A stretch of 64,000 nucleotides of DNA from Clostridiales bacterium (GTDB taxonomy: Bacteria > Bacillota > Clostridia > Saccharofermentanales > Saccharofermentanaceae), in contig JAFWFV010000054.1 of NCBI GenBank assembly GCA_017515465.1, positions 1,479 through 65,478 on the forward strand, given 5' to 3'. The notes beneath the pieces are model-generated. The model searched no databases. It was not told the DNA's origin and saw nothing but the letters and a program-made list of their open reading frames with translations. The translations under genes and the position numbers were made by a program. Positions 18,685 through 26,222 of this stretch are shown here, one piece after another. The first letter of the stretch is position 1, and each line of letters starts with the position of its first letter.

Positions 18685-19641
18685 TTATTCGTCTCTCTGG
18701 TATACCCTGACCCAGTCTACTCTCATCTGTGCTCTCTCGTCAAAAGGAGTATCCTCAGCGGGATCACCGGGCCAGTCTCCTCCGACTGCCACATTGAAGA
18801 TGATGTAGAAAGGCTTATTGAAAGGTGCCGGGAATTCAGCCGTCACGCCCGTCATGGGTGATGAGAACCACTCTGTTGCAGTGTAGAAAGGAACGTCATC
18901 GATCAGGAAGGTAATGGATCCGGGCTCCCACTCACATGCATATACATGGAAGTCAGAGGACAGGTTGGAATCAGCTTCGTAGCTGCCCTGGCTCATCTCG
19001 TGGGGATTGCCGTAATGGAGCGTTCCGTATGTCTTGTTCTCAGCGCCGCCTACGATCTCCATGATGTCGATCTCACCTGATACGGGCCACTGACCGGTGG
19101 TGGGCAATAGCCAGAATGCAGGCAGGTATCCCACACCCTCAGGTGTCTTGATCCTGGCCTCTATCCTGCCATATCTGCATGTGAAATGACCATATGTGTT
19201 GACCCTGCCTGAGTAATATGAAACCTTGCCGTCGTCATCTGTCACCTTCGTGGGCTGGATGATCAGCATGCCGTCACTGACATATGAATACTCCTCATCA
19301 GTCGTATATTCCTGAAGCTCGTTATTTACCCAGCGTGAAGGGTGGGATTCCCTGGTCCACATGGGGCTCAATTCATCACCGTCGAACTCGTCACTCCATA
19401 CGAAGTGATATCCCTCGGGAACAACAGCATCCTCGGGCTGAGGGACTGGATCAAAGGGAACGGTGGTCATCTCGGTCGTGGTTGCGGATGTCTCCTCCGT
19501 TGTTTCTTCTGTCTGTTCTACTGACTCTGAAGTCTCGGAAGCATTACCCTCGGATGTGGCGGAGGTCTCTTCTGCAGCATTACATGATGCCAGCAGCGCG
19601 CAGATGAGTGTCAATGCGATTACCGGTTTGATCTTCTTCAT
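18685..19641 (-). CDS. glycoside hydrolase family 16 beta-glucanase (laminarinase/licheninase-like), lipoprotein
   Basis: 318 aa with lipobox LLASC, a T/E-rich linker and the GH16 catalytic motif GEIDIMEIVGG. Confidence 0.85.
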   Translation of the reverse strand: MKKIKPVIALTLICALLASCNAAEETSATSEGNASETSESVEQTEETTEETSATTTEMTTVPFDPVPQPEDAVVPEGYHFVWSDEFDGDELSPMWTRESHPSRWVNNELQEYTTDEEYSYVSDGMLIIQPTKVTDDDGKVSYYSGRVNTYGHFTCRYGRIEARIKTPEGVGYLPAFWLLPTTGQWPVSGEIDIMEIVGGAENKTYGTLHYGNPHEMSQGSYEADSNLSSDFHVYACEWEPGSITFLIDDVPFYTATEWFSSPMTGVTAEFPAPFNKPFYIIFNVAVGGDWPGDPAEDTPFDERAQMRVDWVRVYQRDE

Positions 19642-20857
19642 ATCCTGCTCCTTTTACTATCTCTATGAGCAGTTCACTTATCCTGCCCATAGACTGTTCA
19701 CTGACGTATTCATATACGCCGTGAAAGTTATGACCTCCTGCACAGATGTTGGGGCAGGCAAGTCCCTTATATGATAACATAGCACCGTCAGTTCCGCCTC
19801 TGATGGGCATGATGAGGGGATTTATCCCTGCCCTCTCCATGGCGGCGATGCAGTCGTTTACTATATGCATCCTGTCAGGAACGATCTTCTCTCTCATGTT
19901 GTAGTAGGAATCCCTGATCTCAGGCTTTATAACAGCTCCCGTCCCGGCTGACACATCATTACATATGGATACGAGCCTGGCTTTCTTTTCTTCGAACAGG
20001 GATCTGTCGTGATCTCTTATTATGTATTTCATCACTGCCTGTTCGGGTGATCCTGTCAAGGATATCAGATGGTAGAATCCCTCGTATTCCCTGGTGGTCT
20101 CAGGCCTTTCAGTGCCGGGTATCATGCCGTCTATCTCTTCTGCAACCCTCAGGGCGTTGATCATCTTGCCGTACGCTTCACCGGGATGGACGTTACGGCC
20201 TGTTATGGTGATATCAGCTCCGGCGGCATTGAAATTCTCATAGGAGATCTCCCCTATTATCCCGCCGTCCACCGTATAGGCGTAGTCAGCAGCAAATCTG
20301 TCCAGATCAAAGAACTCAGTCCCCTCTCCTATCTCCTCATCCGGGGTAAATGCTATGCATATGTCACCGTGGATGATCTCCGGATGGTCATGGATATAGC
20401 CTGCCATCGTCATGATCTCAGCTATTCCCGACTTGTCATCAGAACCCAGTAGAGTCGAACCATCAGATGTTAATATGGTCTGACCCACATAATCCAGGAG
20501 TTCGGGAAATTCAGAAGGCGACAGGACCTTGCCGGACGGCAAAGTGATGTCTCCCCCGTCGTAATCAGTGTGCCTTATAGCCTTGATCCCTGCCCCACAG
20601 GCCTCTGGAGACGTATCCATGTGTGCGATGAACCCGATGCGTGGCAAAGTCTTCAAACCCCTTATATGAGCGTAAATGTAACAATGTTCAACGTCAAAAT
20701 AGACGTCATCTGCGACCTGTTCCAGTTCCTTTTCCAGGAGGCGGGCAAGGTCGAACTGTCCGGGCGTGCTCGGATGAAGACCGGACTCCTCGGAAGACCG
20801 GGTATCTATGGATACATACCTTAGGAATCTCTCTGAAACGGAAGCAGTAAGATCCAT
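19580..20857 (-). CDS. pepT: peptidase T (tripeptide aminopeptidase, M20B)
   Basis: 425 aa. The N-terminus is SERFLRYVSIDTRSSE, followed by the IGFIAHMDTSP and GSDDKSGIAEIM metal-ligand motifs. Confidence 0.85.
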   Translation of the reverse strand: MDLTASVSERFLRYVSIDTRSSEESGLHPSTPGQFDLARLLEKELEQVADDVYFDVEHCYIYAHIRGLKTLPRIGFIAHMDTSPEACGAGIKAIRHTDYDGGDITLPSGKVLSPSEFPELLDYVGQTILTSDGSTLLGSDDKSGIAEIMTMAGYIHDHPEIIHGDICIAFTPDEEIGEGTEFFDLDRFAADYAYTVDGGIIGEISYENFNAAGADITITGRNVHPGEAYGKMINALRVAEEIDGMIPGTERPETTREYEGFYHLISLTGSPEQAVMKYIIRDHDRSLFEEKKARLVSICNDVSAGTGAVIKPEIRDSYYNMREKIVPDRMHIVNDCIAAMERAGINPLIMPIRGGTDGAMLSYKGLACPNICAGGHNFHGVYEYVSEQSMGRISELLIEIVKGAGYEEDQTGNRIDTHLRAAGIM

Positions 20858-20858
20858 C

Positions 20859-21440
20859 TTACTTGTTCTTCAGGATAAAACTCTTTGTATTGGAATCGAG
20901 AGCACACAGATTCTTGATTATGAATTCCTTTGGCTCTACGAAATTGCCTCTCGCCCAGAGGCCAATTACAGCCGTACAGCCTCTGGAACGGTAATTTGTA
21001 TGGTATCTGAGGGTGATGTCGCTGATATTGGCTTCGATCTCTTCTGCCTCCAGCTGCCTGAACAGGCCCTCCAGGATCCTGTTGAACCTGTCTCTGAGCT
21101 TACATGTGCTGTTGGGGCTGAACATCATCCTGAATTCGGGACGGTTGTCGTCGATATAGTCTATCAGATGCTTGAAGAACTGTTCGGAACGCAGAGACTC
21201 CAGTTCCAGGACCAGCATTCCCAGATCGATCAGGATGTCATGCTCCATCTTGTCGTAAAGATCAAATACGTCCAGATAATGCTTGTAGAAGGTTCCCCTG
21301 TTGATGTCGGCCTTGTCTGTGATCTCCTTGACGGTGACCTTGTGAAGTTCCTTCTCAACCAAGAGTTCGCATAATGCGTCCTTAATGGCCTTGCGGGTCT
21401 TGAGCGTTCTTCTGTCGTATGTATTTTTACTTTCTTCCAT
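20859..21440 (-). CDS. TetR/AcrR-family transcriptional regulator
   Basis: 193 aa with the N-terminal HTH KVTVKEITDKADINRGTFYKHY. Its stop is 1 nt from the pepT start. Confidence 0.85.
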   Translation of the reverse strand: MEESKNTYDRRTLKTRKAIKDALCELLVEKELHKVTVKEITDKADINRGTFYKHYLDVFDLYDKMEHDILIDLGMLVLELESLRSEQFFKHLIDYIDDNRPEFRMMFSPNSTCKLRDRFNRILEGLFRQLEAEEIEANISDITLRYHTNYRSRGCTAVIGLWARGNFVEPKEFIIKNLCALDSNTKSFILKNK

Positions 21441-21506
21441 CTGACATAGTCCCCATTCGTAATACTATACTATCTTGTTTAGCACTAAATCGTTCTTTTC
21501 GCAACT

Positions 21507-21554
21507 TAAAAAACAGAAATAGAACAGATCCCTTCATTACGAAGGGATCTGTTC
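21507..21554 (-). terminator. strong rho-independent terminator
   Basis: A perfect 14-bp stem (GAACAGATCCCTTC / GAAGGGATCTGTTC) with a 5-nt loop. On the minus strand it is followed by TATTTCTGTTTTTT. Confidence 0.8.
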
Positions 21555-21572
21555 CACGGGTTGGGTTTTACG

Positions 21573-21727
21573 AAAATATCAGGCGTACGTTGAGTACGGG
21601 TCTAACACCGACTCAAACGCAGCGCGTGTTTGTCCGACGATATTTCTGGAGGGTAGGTAGCAGGCAGACACGCCGGATGATCTGCAAGCTTGAAGGGTCG
21701 TGATCTATGTAAAACGCCTGATATTTT
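21573..21727 (-). ncRNA. candidate structured RNA or 3'-UTR element of about 155 nt, family unknown
   Basis: A perfect 13-bp closing helix (AAAATATCAGGCG / CGCCTGATATTTT) encloses about 129 nt containing further helices. It lies between the stop of the small peptide gene and the terminator, and no credible ORF is present. Confidence 0.3.
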
Positions 21728-21755
21728 TCTATCGAATAAGCGTCTAATGTCTTTC

Positions 21756-22025
21756 TCATATAAGGTCCCTGCTCTCAATGATAACGGGGCCATTGCCATT
21801 TCCGTTTCCGGGATTCTTGGGATTCCATCCGCCTACAGGAGGTATGGGTTCAGATACGGGACCGGGGAAAATAGGTCTGTCAGGCATTTCGGGGATCTGG
21901 ATGTACGGAGGATATCCGTCTGTCTTTATTCCAATGGATGCACCCAGGCGCGTATCTGATGAACCGCCGCCTGTAACCTCGTCCAGCTTCTTCTTTTCGA
22001 TCTCATAAGGTTTGTTAGTCTTCAT
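21756..22025 (-). CDS. small secreted-peptide precursor candidate with a double-glycine-type leader and a proline-rich core
   Basis: 89 aa reading MKTNKPYEIEKKKLDEVTGG|G..., with a GGGAGGA Shine-Dalgarno 8 nt upstream. It has its own candidate promoter after the terminator at 22101-22143. The core is 19% Pro, contains NGNGNG and has no Cys. Confidence 0.55.
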   Translation of the reverse strand: MKTNKPYEIEKKKLDEVTGGGSSDTRLGASIGIKTDGYPPYIQIPEMPDRPIFPGPVSEPIPPVGGWNPKNPGNGNGNGPVIIESRDLI

Positions 22026-22100
22026 ACTCTTGTCCTCCCTGTTGTTTTGGTTTGGTTTGTTTGTACCTTAATTATTGCAACAGAGGACATTACAAGCAAT

Positions 22101-22143
22101 AAATAGATAAAGGCCGATATGATGCTTAAGCAACATATCGGCC
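22101..22143 (-). terminator. rho-independent terminator after the CPBP gene
   Basis: GGCCGATATG-loop-CATATCGGCC, followed on the minus strand by TTTATCTATTTATT. Confidence 0.6.
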
Positions 22144-22171
22144 CGTCAGTGTTGTGCTTTGTACGAAAAAC

Positions 22172-23128
22172 TCAGGATTTCTTCTCTTCAGCGGCTTTCT
22201 TTCCTGTAGGAATGAAGAAGAAGATCACTATTCCGATCACCAGAACGATGGTAACGCCGAGTCCTCCTTCGAGTCCGAACGCTCCGCCGTTGAACAGATC
22301 CTTGCCCTCAACGAAGTTGGTCTTCAATACGCTGGGCATCAGCGGATTTCCGCTGACCTGGATACCGTAGAAATTACCCTGGACCATATTCCAGACGGAG
22401 TGGATCGCAGAGCACATCCAGATATTGCCTGTCTTGACGAATACCAGTGATGCAAACAGACCGAACAGTATGAGGTTGATGAAAGCGAGGACGCTGAGAC
22501 CGTCGTTAGCCAGATGCAGGCAGGCAAAGAACAGTGCGTTTATGATCGTACCTGCAACCACCGAGTTCCTCCTGGAGATGCTTGTCAAAAGGAATCCGCG
22601 GCAAACAACCTCTTCCTCCATACCCTGTATGAACCATCCGATGTTATACAGGATAAAGTAAAGCATGCTGAAATTGGAACTCTTCTCTATCGTGATCGCG
22701 CCTGTCAGATAACAGATCAGTATGGCAAGGGAAAAGATCCCGAAGCCGACCACTATGCCTATCAGATAATGGACTACAGCATTCTTCTTGACGAATCCGA
22801 TGGTACGGATCTTTCTCTTTTCAACAAACTTAACATAAAGTGCGAACATTACCGTTATAACACCCAGGAAAACGAGAGTCAGAACAGTAGCAAGTTCTGA
22901 CTGCAGGTATGCCCGGTTGAAAGCATCCGGACCTTTGAAGATCATCGGAACAAATGCGGGAATGGACACCAGCATCGAATCGATGATGTCGCCGATCATG
23001 AGTATAAGGAATGCAATGAGCGTGAGCAATGCCCAGTTCAGACCGGGCTTCCTGCCTTCTTTTGTTTTGGCCAGAGCAGACTCCCTCGCCTCAACAATTA
23101 TATCTGGAACACCAAATATCTCTTTCAT
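22172..23128 (-). CDS. CPBP-family intramembrane glutamic endopeptidase (CAAX protease / Abi, bacteriocin-immunity type)
   Basis: 318 aa and multi-TM. Motifs EEEVVCRGF (EExxxR), FFACLH (FxxxH) and IHSVWN (HxxxN) are present. Its ATG overlaps the upstream stop (ATGA at 23125-23128). Confidence 0.85.
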   Translation of the reverse strand: MKEIFGVPDIIVEARESALAKTKEGRKPGLNWALLTLIAFLILMIGDIIDSMLVSIPAFVPMIFKGPDAFNRAYLQSELATVLTLVFLGVITVMFALYVKFVEKRKIRTIGFVKKNAVVHYLIGIVVGFGIFSLAILICYLTGAITIEKSSNFSMLYFILYNIGWFIQGMEEEVVCRGFLLTSISRRNSVVAGTIINALFFACLHLANDGLSVLAFINLILFGLFASLVFVKTGNIWMCSAIHSVWNMVQGNFYGIQVSGNPLMPSVLKTNFVEGKDLFNGGAFGLEGGLGVTIVLVIGIVIFFFIPTGKKAAEEKKS

Positions 23129-23499
23129 GATTTTGTAACCACATCTCCTGATCTGACATCTGAACTCGTAATACCCGACAGCATGATGCCTACGCTGTCT
23201 CCTTCGTTAGCTTCATCCAGGATCCTCCTGAAAGCTTCGATACCGGATACCGTGCATCCGATCCCGTTAACACTAACTCTGTCATTGACCTTGAGAGATC
23301 CTCTGGAGACCGTACCGGTAACGACCACGCCTCTGCCTGTGATGCTGAACACGTCTTTAACGGTCATCACGAAAGATGCTCCGTAATCCGCAAACATGGG
23401 AACCTTGCCGGATGAACCTTCCTCCTGATTCAAAGCCTCATTAAGGTCCTTCTCATCGTCGGTATCATAATTACCGAGCCTTCCACCTATAATACCCAT
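23125..23499 (-). CDS. stand-alone EF-Tu domain II-like beta-barrel protein
   Basis: 124 aa. FVMTVKDVFSITGRGVVVTGTVSRGSLKVNDRVSV...VSGIEAFRRILDEANEGDSVGIMLSG...RSGDVV aligns by eye with EF-Tu domain II (FLMPVEDVFSI(T/S)GRGTVVTGRVERG...GVEMFRK.LD.G.AGDNVG.LLRG...RGQVL). No GTPase domain is present. An AGGTGG Shine-Dalgarno is present. Confidence 0.75.
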   Translation of the reverse strand: MGIIGGRLGNYDTDDEKDLNEALNQEEGSSGKVPMFADYGASFVMTVKDVFSITGRGVVVTGTVSRGSLKVNDRVSVNGIGCTVSGIEAFRRILDEANEGDSVGIMLSGITSSDVRSGDVVTKS

Positions 23500-23531
23500 A
23501 GACCCACCTCTCTATTTATAGATTCGAATTA

Positions 23532-23559
23532 ATTATACTTCATACATCAAAGGGTTCAA
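23532..23559 (-). promoter_or_regulatory. candidate sigma-70-type promoter of the EF-Tu-D2/CPBP operon
   Basis: The minus strand reads TTGAAC-16 nt-TATAAT. The -35 hexamer is part of the first copy of the repeated GTTTTGAAC motif. Confidence 0.45.
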
Positions 23560-23745
23560 AACTCGTCTCAGGCGCTGCCCAGTTCAAAACTCATCACCGC
23601 GCTGCCCGGTTCAAGAATCGTCTCCGCACGCCTCTTCCCAGTTCAAAACTCATCACCGCGCGCTGCCCAGTTCAAAACTCGTCTCAGGCGCAGTTAAGTC
23701 GCCTCGCGACTTACGCTGTCCGAGCACTGAGACGACGTTTTGAAC
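23553..23745. repeat. array of 5 direct copies plus 1 inverted copy of a GTTCAAAACTCGTCTCAG-like motif
   Basis: GTTCAAAAC (one copy is GTTCAAGAA) occurs at 23554, 23582, 23609, 23641 and 23670, giving a period of 27-32 bp. The inverted copy GTTTTGAAC is at 23737-23745, inside the nudC 3' end. Confidence 0.85.
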
Positions 23746-24554
23746 ACTGTCATCATCTCATTCGTCAGCGAATAATCATCCGGCTGCAGTTCTATCTCGT
23801 CCCTTGATGCCCAAATAGCGACCTTTAGTTCCTTGTCATCCATCCTGATGGTGTCGTCGCCGTCAACTTCACAGAAGAACCCTGCAAGCAGATCACCTGC
23901 ACGGCCCCACGGCTGTGACTTGTAGTATCTTATATTCTTGACCTTAAGCCCCACTTCCTCATAGACCTCACGGACCACTGTCTCTTCCAGGGCCTCACCG
24001 ATCTCAGTGAAGCCTGCAACTAGTGCATAGTAAGGAACGTTGGCGCGGTTGGCATATTTTGTAACCAGGATCCTGTCCTTGTTCATAACTCCTACGATAA
24101 CGGCAGGATTGATCCTGGGATAGATCACATTGCTGCAGACGGGACAGATGCGGGCACGTTCCGTCGAAGAGTTATTGCACTTGCTTCCGCACCTTCCGCA
24201 GTACACCGACTCCTTGTACCACTTGTCGAGATGATAGGCCGTGAAAAGCGCAAACATCAGTTCGCGCGGGCCGGTCCCACGGCGGCGGATATCATGAATG
24301 CTCATGAATTCAAATCCTTCAGGTGCCTTAACGACGGGCGGAGCTGCACGGTATAGATCCTGATCGTCCAATGCGAACAGATATGTATATTCTCCCGCAC
24401 CCAGATTTGCAGCTGTGGGCAGTATAAATCGACCATCATCTATCTTTACGAGACAATTGTTACCGTCAAACACAAATACACTGTCACCCGGATCAGCGAT
24501 CTTACCGGGGATGAATTCATTATGGAGTCTGTGTGGCAATATATCCTGGATCAT
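23694..24554 (-). CDS. nudC: NAD+ diphosphatase (NADH pyrophosphatase), Nudix family
   Basis: Zinc ribbon CGRCGSK...CPVCSN, Nudix box GFTEIGEALEETVVREVYEEVGL, and the NudC-type SQPWGR motif. Confidence 0.85.
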   Translation of the reverse strand: MIQDILPHRLHNEFIPGKIADPGDSVFVFDGNNCLVKIDDGRFILPTAANLGAGEYTYLFALDDQDLYRAAPPVVKAPEGFEFMSIHDIRRRGTGPRELMFALFTAYHLDKWYKESVYCGRCGSKCNNSSTERARICPVCSNVIYPRINPAVIVGVMNKDRILVTKYANRANVPYYALVAGFTEIGEALEETVVREVYEEVGLKVKNIRYYKSQPWGRAGDLLAGFFCEVDGDDTIRMDDKELKVAIWASRDEIELQPDDYSLTNEMMTVFKTSSQCSDSVSREAT

Positions 24555-24557
24555 TTC

Positions 24558-26213
24558 TTACTTTCCGCCTTCGCTTTGTCGTTCCGCCTTCATCTTTTTC
24601 TTACATTCGTACATCCTGCTGTCAGCCAGAGCTTCTACATCTTCAAGATTGTCACGGCCTGCAACATATTCTGCAGTTCCATATGCGATCGACAGAGGAA
24701 CCTGAAGATCGATATCCTTATCGTTATTGATCTCTTCCCTCTTTGCTTCGAAAGCCTTCATCGCATCTTCAAAATTCCCCTCGATGATAGCAGTGAATTC
24801 ATCTCCGCCTGTTCTGAAGCACTTTCCGAACTCGCCCAAAGACTCATCGATGCATCCTGCTGCGGCACAGATAAGCTTGTCACCTTCTGAGTGACCGAAC
24901 TCATCATTTGCTTTCTTAAGGAAGTTAAGGTCCATCTGCATGATAATACATTTATAGGATTCTTTCTTCTTGATCTCACTCTCAAATTCGTAGAATGCTT
25001 CTCGGTTATTGATGCCTGTCAAAGCATCCGTATATGCAACTTTCTGCATTAGTTCTGTCTTGATGCTCTTCTCGCTTATGGCGATCAGTTCCTTCACTTC
25101 GCTGTAACCCATGAGTACGATAAAGATCATCAGACCATATCTTGTAAGCAAAGCAGTATCCCGGGGATTAGCAAAATAGTACCTGATCATATCACCTGCT
25201 CCGGCTATAAACACGATCACGACCGAGATCCCGAGCATCGCTAACCCACGTTTGCGCTTCTTGAGTCTTATGTATCTGATGATCATGAATCCGCAAAGGA
25301 GAAGACCAATTCCTATGATGATATGCGATATAAAGAGCATATCGTGGAAATCCAGACCTGTAGTCCTGACCACTATGAAATTAGCAACTGTATTTGCAGT
25401 AGCCATACCGATGATAGCCTTGATATACCACTTGTTAAGGCAGTCTGTAAAGGCAGCGATGAAAATGATCGTCGGGATCGGCAGCAACATAAGGCACATC
25501 AGTTCGATGATCCTGATCCCGGCGGAATTGCCTGTAATAGCCTGGATCAGGAGCGATCCCGAGTTGGAGTAACATGCAAGTATTACCGCCATGACTCCAA
25601 GGGATACAGTCTCCGTAAACCTTGCTCTGTCCGTGTCGAAGATAAAACCGCAAAGAACCATCATAAGTCCTGCGAGCAATATCATAAAGCACTGCATGAA
25701 CTTAAGGAGGTCACGCTGCATGATGGAGCGGTAGTAATCAGCCCCTTCGGTAAGCTTCATATTGCGGAATGCGGTCCAGTCTGAATCATACAGGGACTCA
25801 TATTCTATCGTAAGGGTCTTCGTTCCCTCGTATTGAGGTATGCTGATGAAGTGCGGATAACTACCATAATAATTACCGTAGAATCTTGGCAGACTGGGAT
25901 GGAAACTGTAGATCAGTTCATCATCAAGATAGACATCAAATAGAAGGTTCGTTTCATCTGTACAAAGAGAGGCTCCACGAACCTTATCTGCATCCAAATC
26001 GCGTGAGATGCGGTGTTTGCCTTCAGATCTGTCAAGTTCAAGTACATTAACAGCACTTCCGTCTTCGGCTGTCCAGCCTTCGGTATAATCTACATCTACT
26101 CCGTTGACCGTTCCGTCAGGGATAGTCATATAGAATATCATGCCGAGTAAAACGAGCATAACAAAAAGGACCACCAGTGTTATATCTGCATAAATCCTGG
26201 TGGACCTATTCAT
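24558..26213 (-). CDS. membrane-bound diguanylate cyclase (extracytoplasmic sensor plus 7TM plus GGDEF)
   Basis: 551 aa. An N-terminal TM and an extracellular domain are followed by about 7 TM helices. The C-terminus carries the GGDEF domain (RTGGDEFTAII). Confidence 0.85.
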   Translation of the reverse strand: MNRSTRIYADITLVVLFVMLVLLGMIFYMTIPDGTVNGVDVDYTEGWTAEDGSAVNVLELDRSEGKHRISRDLDADKVRGASLCTDETNLLFDVYLDDELIYSFHPSLPRFYGNYYGSYPHFISIPQYEGTKTLTIEYESLYDSDWTAFRNMKLTEGADYYRSIMQRDLLKFMQCFMILLAGLMMVLCGFIFDTDRARFTETVSLGVMAVILACYSNSGSLLIQAITGNSAGIRIIELMCLMLLPIPTIIFIAAFTDCLNKWYIKAIIGMATANTVANFIVVRTTGLDFHDMLFISHIIIGIGLLLCGFMIIRYIRLKKRKRGLAMLGISVVIVFIAGAGDMIRYYFANPRDTALLTRYGLMIFIVLMGYSEVKELIAISEKSIKTELMQKVAYTDALTGINNREAFYEFESEIKKKESYKCIIMQMDLNFLKKANDEFGHSEGDKLICAAAGCIDESLGEFGKCFRTGGDEFTAIIEGNFEDAMKAFEAKREEINNDKDIDLQVPLSIAYGTAEYVAGRDNLEDVEALADSRMYECKKKMKAERQSEGGK

Positions 26214-26222
26214 GTTAGCTCC

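Noticed and set aside
20808-21374. 188-aa plus-strand ORF.
   Set aside because: It is antisense to the TetR regulator gene, which has a clear HTH motif, and it overlaps the pepT start. It is a shadow ORF.
21690-22008. Plus-strand ORFs (21690-21959 and 21778-22008) opposite the small peptide gene.
   Set aside because: Neither has a Shine-Dalgarno. The minus-strand ORF has a GGGAGGA Shine-Dalgarno at ideal spacing, a leader-like N-terminus and a downstream terminator in the matching orientation.
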